A stretch of 64,000 nucleotides of DNA. Origin: Balanoglossus misakiensis. Its lineage: Eukaryota > Animalia > Hemichordata. The notes under the pieces were generated by a model. That model ran no database searches and was not told the DNA's origin. It saw only the letters and a program-made list of their open reading frames with translations. The position numbers and the translations under genes are program-made. This document shows, piece after piece, positions 63,902-64,000 of this stretch. Every line of letters begins with the position of its first letter. Within the stretch, counting starts at the first letter, position 1. The stretch lies in the NCBI GenBank assembly GCA_040954595.2, contig CM082577.2, positions 19,814,303 through 19,878,302 on the forward strand, read 5' to 3'.

Positions 63902-64000
63902 GGTCACGTCTCTGCCTTTTTTAGTTTGCCGGTGAAATTGTGAGTGGTCACGTGACTTTACATGCAATATTGGGTTTTCGAAAAAATCTCATGGAAATTT

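Noticed and set aside
47900-64000. A second host gene downstream
   Set aside because: No consistent exon chain found on either strand; the recognisable coding remnants are transposon-derived. Small exons could have been missed.

Overview
AT-rich, intron- and repeat-dense animal genomic DNA. The repeat types and TACATGTA enrichment suggest a marine invertebrate, possibly a deuterostome such as a hemichordate; that assignment is inference. One protein-coding gene is traceable. It is the 3' part of a + strand QRICH2/C16orf96-family (DUF4795) gene, with about 18-19 exons from 3689 (possibly 351) to a TAA at 46701-46703. I reconstructed these by hand from splice sites, and the reading phases are continuous. 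Its introns and the downstream region are filled with nested mobile elements: Helentron/HINE-type elements, AcademH-like MITEs with 9-10 bp TSDs, PIF/Harbinger MITEs, TTAA Kolobok-type elements, TA-flanked hairpin (Crypton-like) repeats, Rex/Babar, L2 and R2/R4-like LINE relics, and a Penelope-like retroelement. The most notable observations are: (1) an intact minimal hammerhead ribozyme at 53944-53992; (2) a tandemly duplicated, diverged exon pair inside a run of symmetric phase-2 cassette exons; (3) a Kolobok-like relic keeping a THAP exon and a P2X7-C-terminus-like (KolX) exon; (4) a foldback element whose left arm carries three separate insertions; (5) MITEs that share a core but have different TIRs. 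Most short ORFs in the supplied track are non-coding noise.
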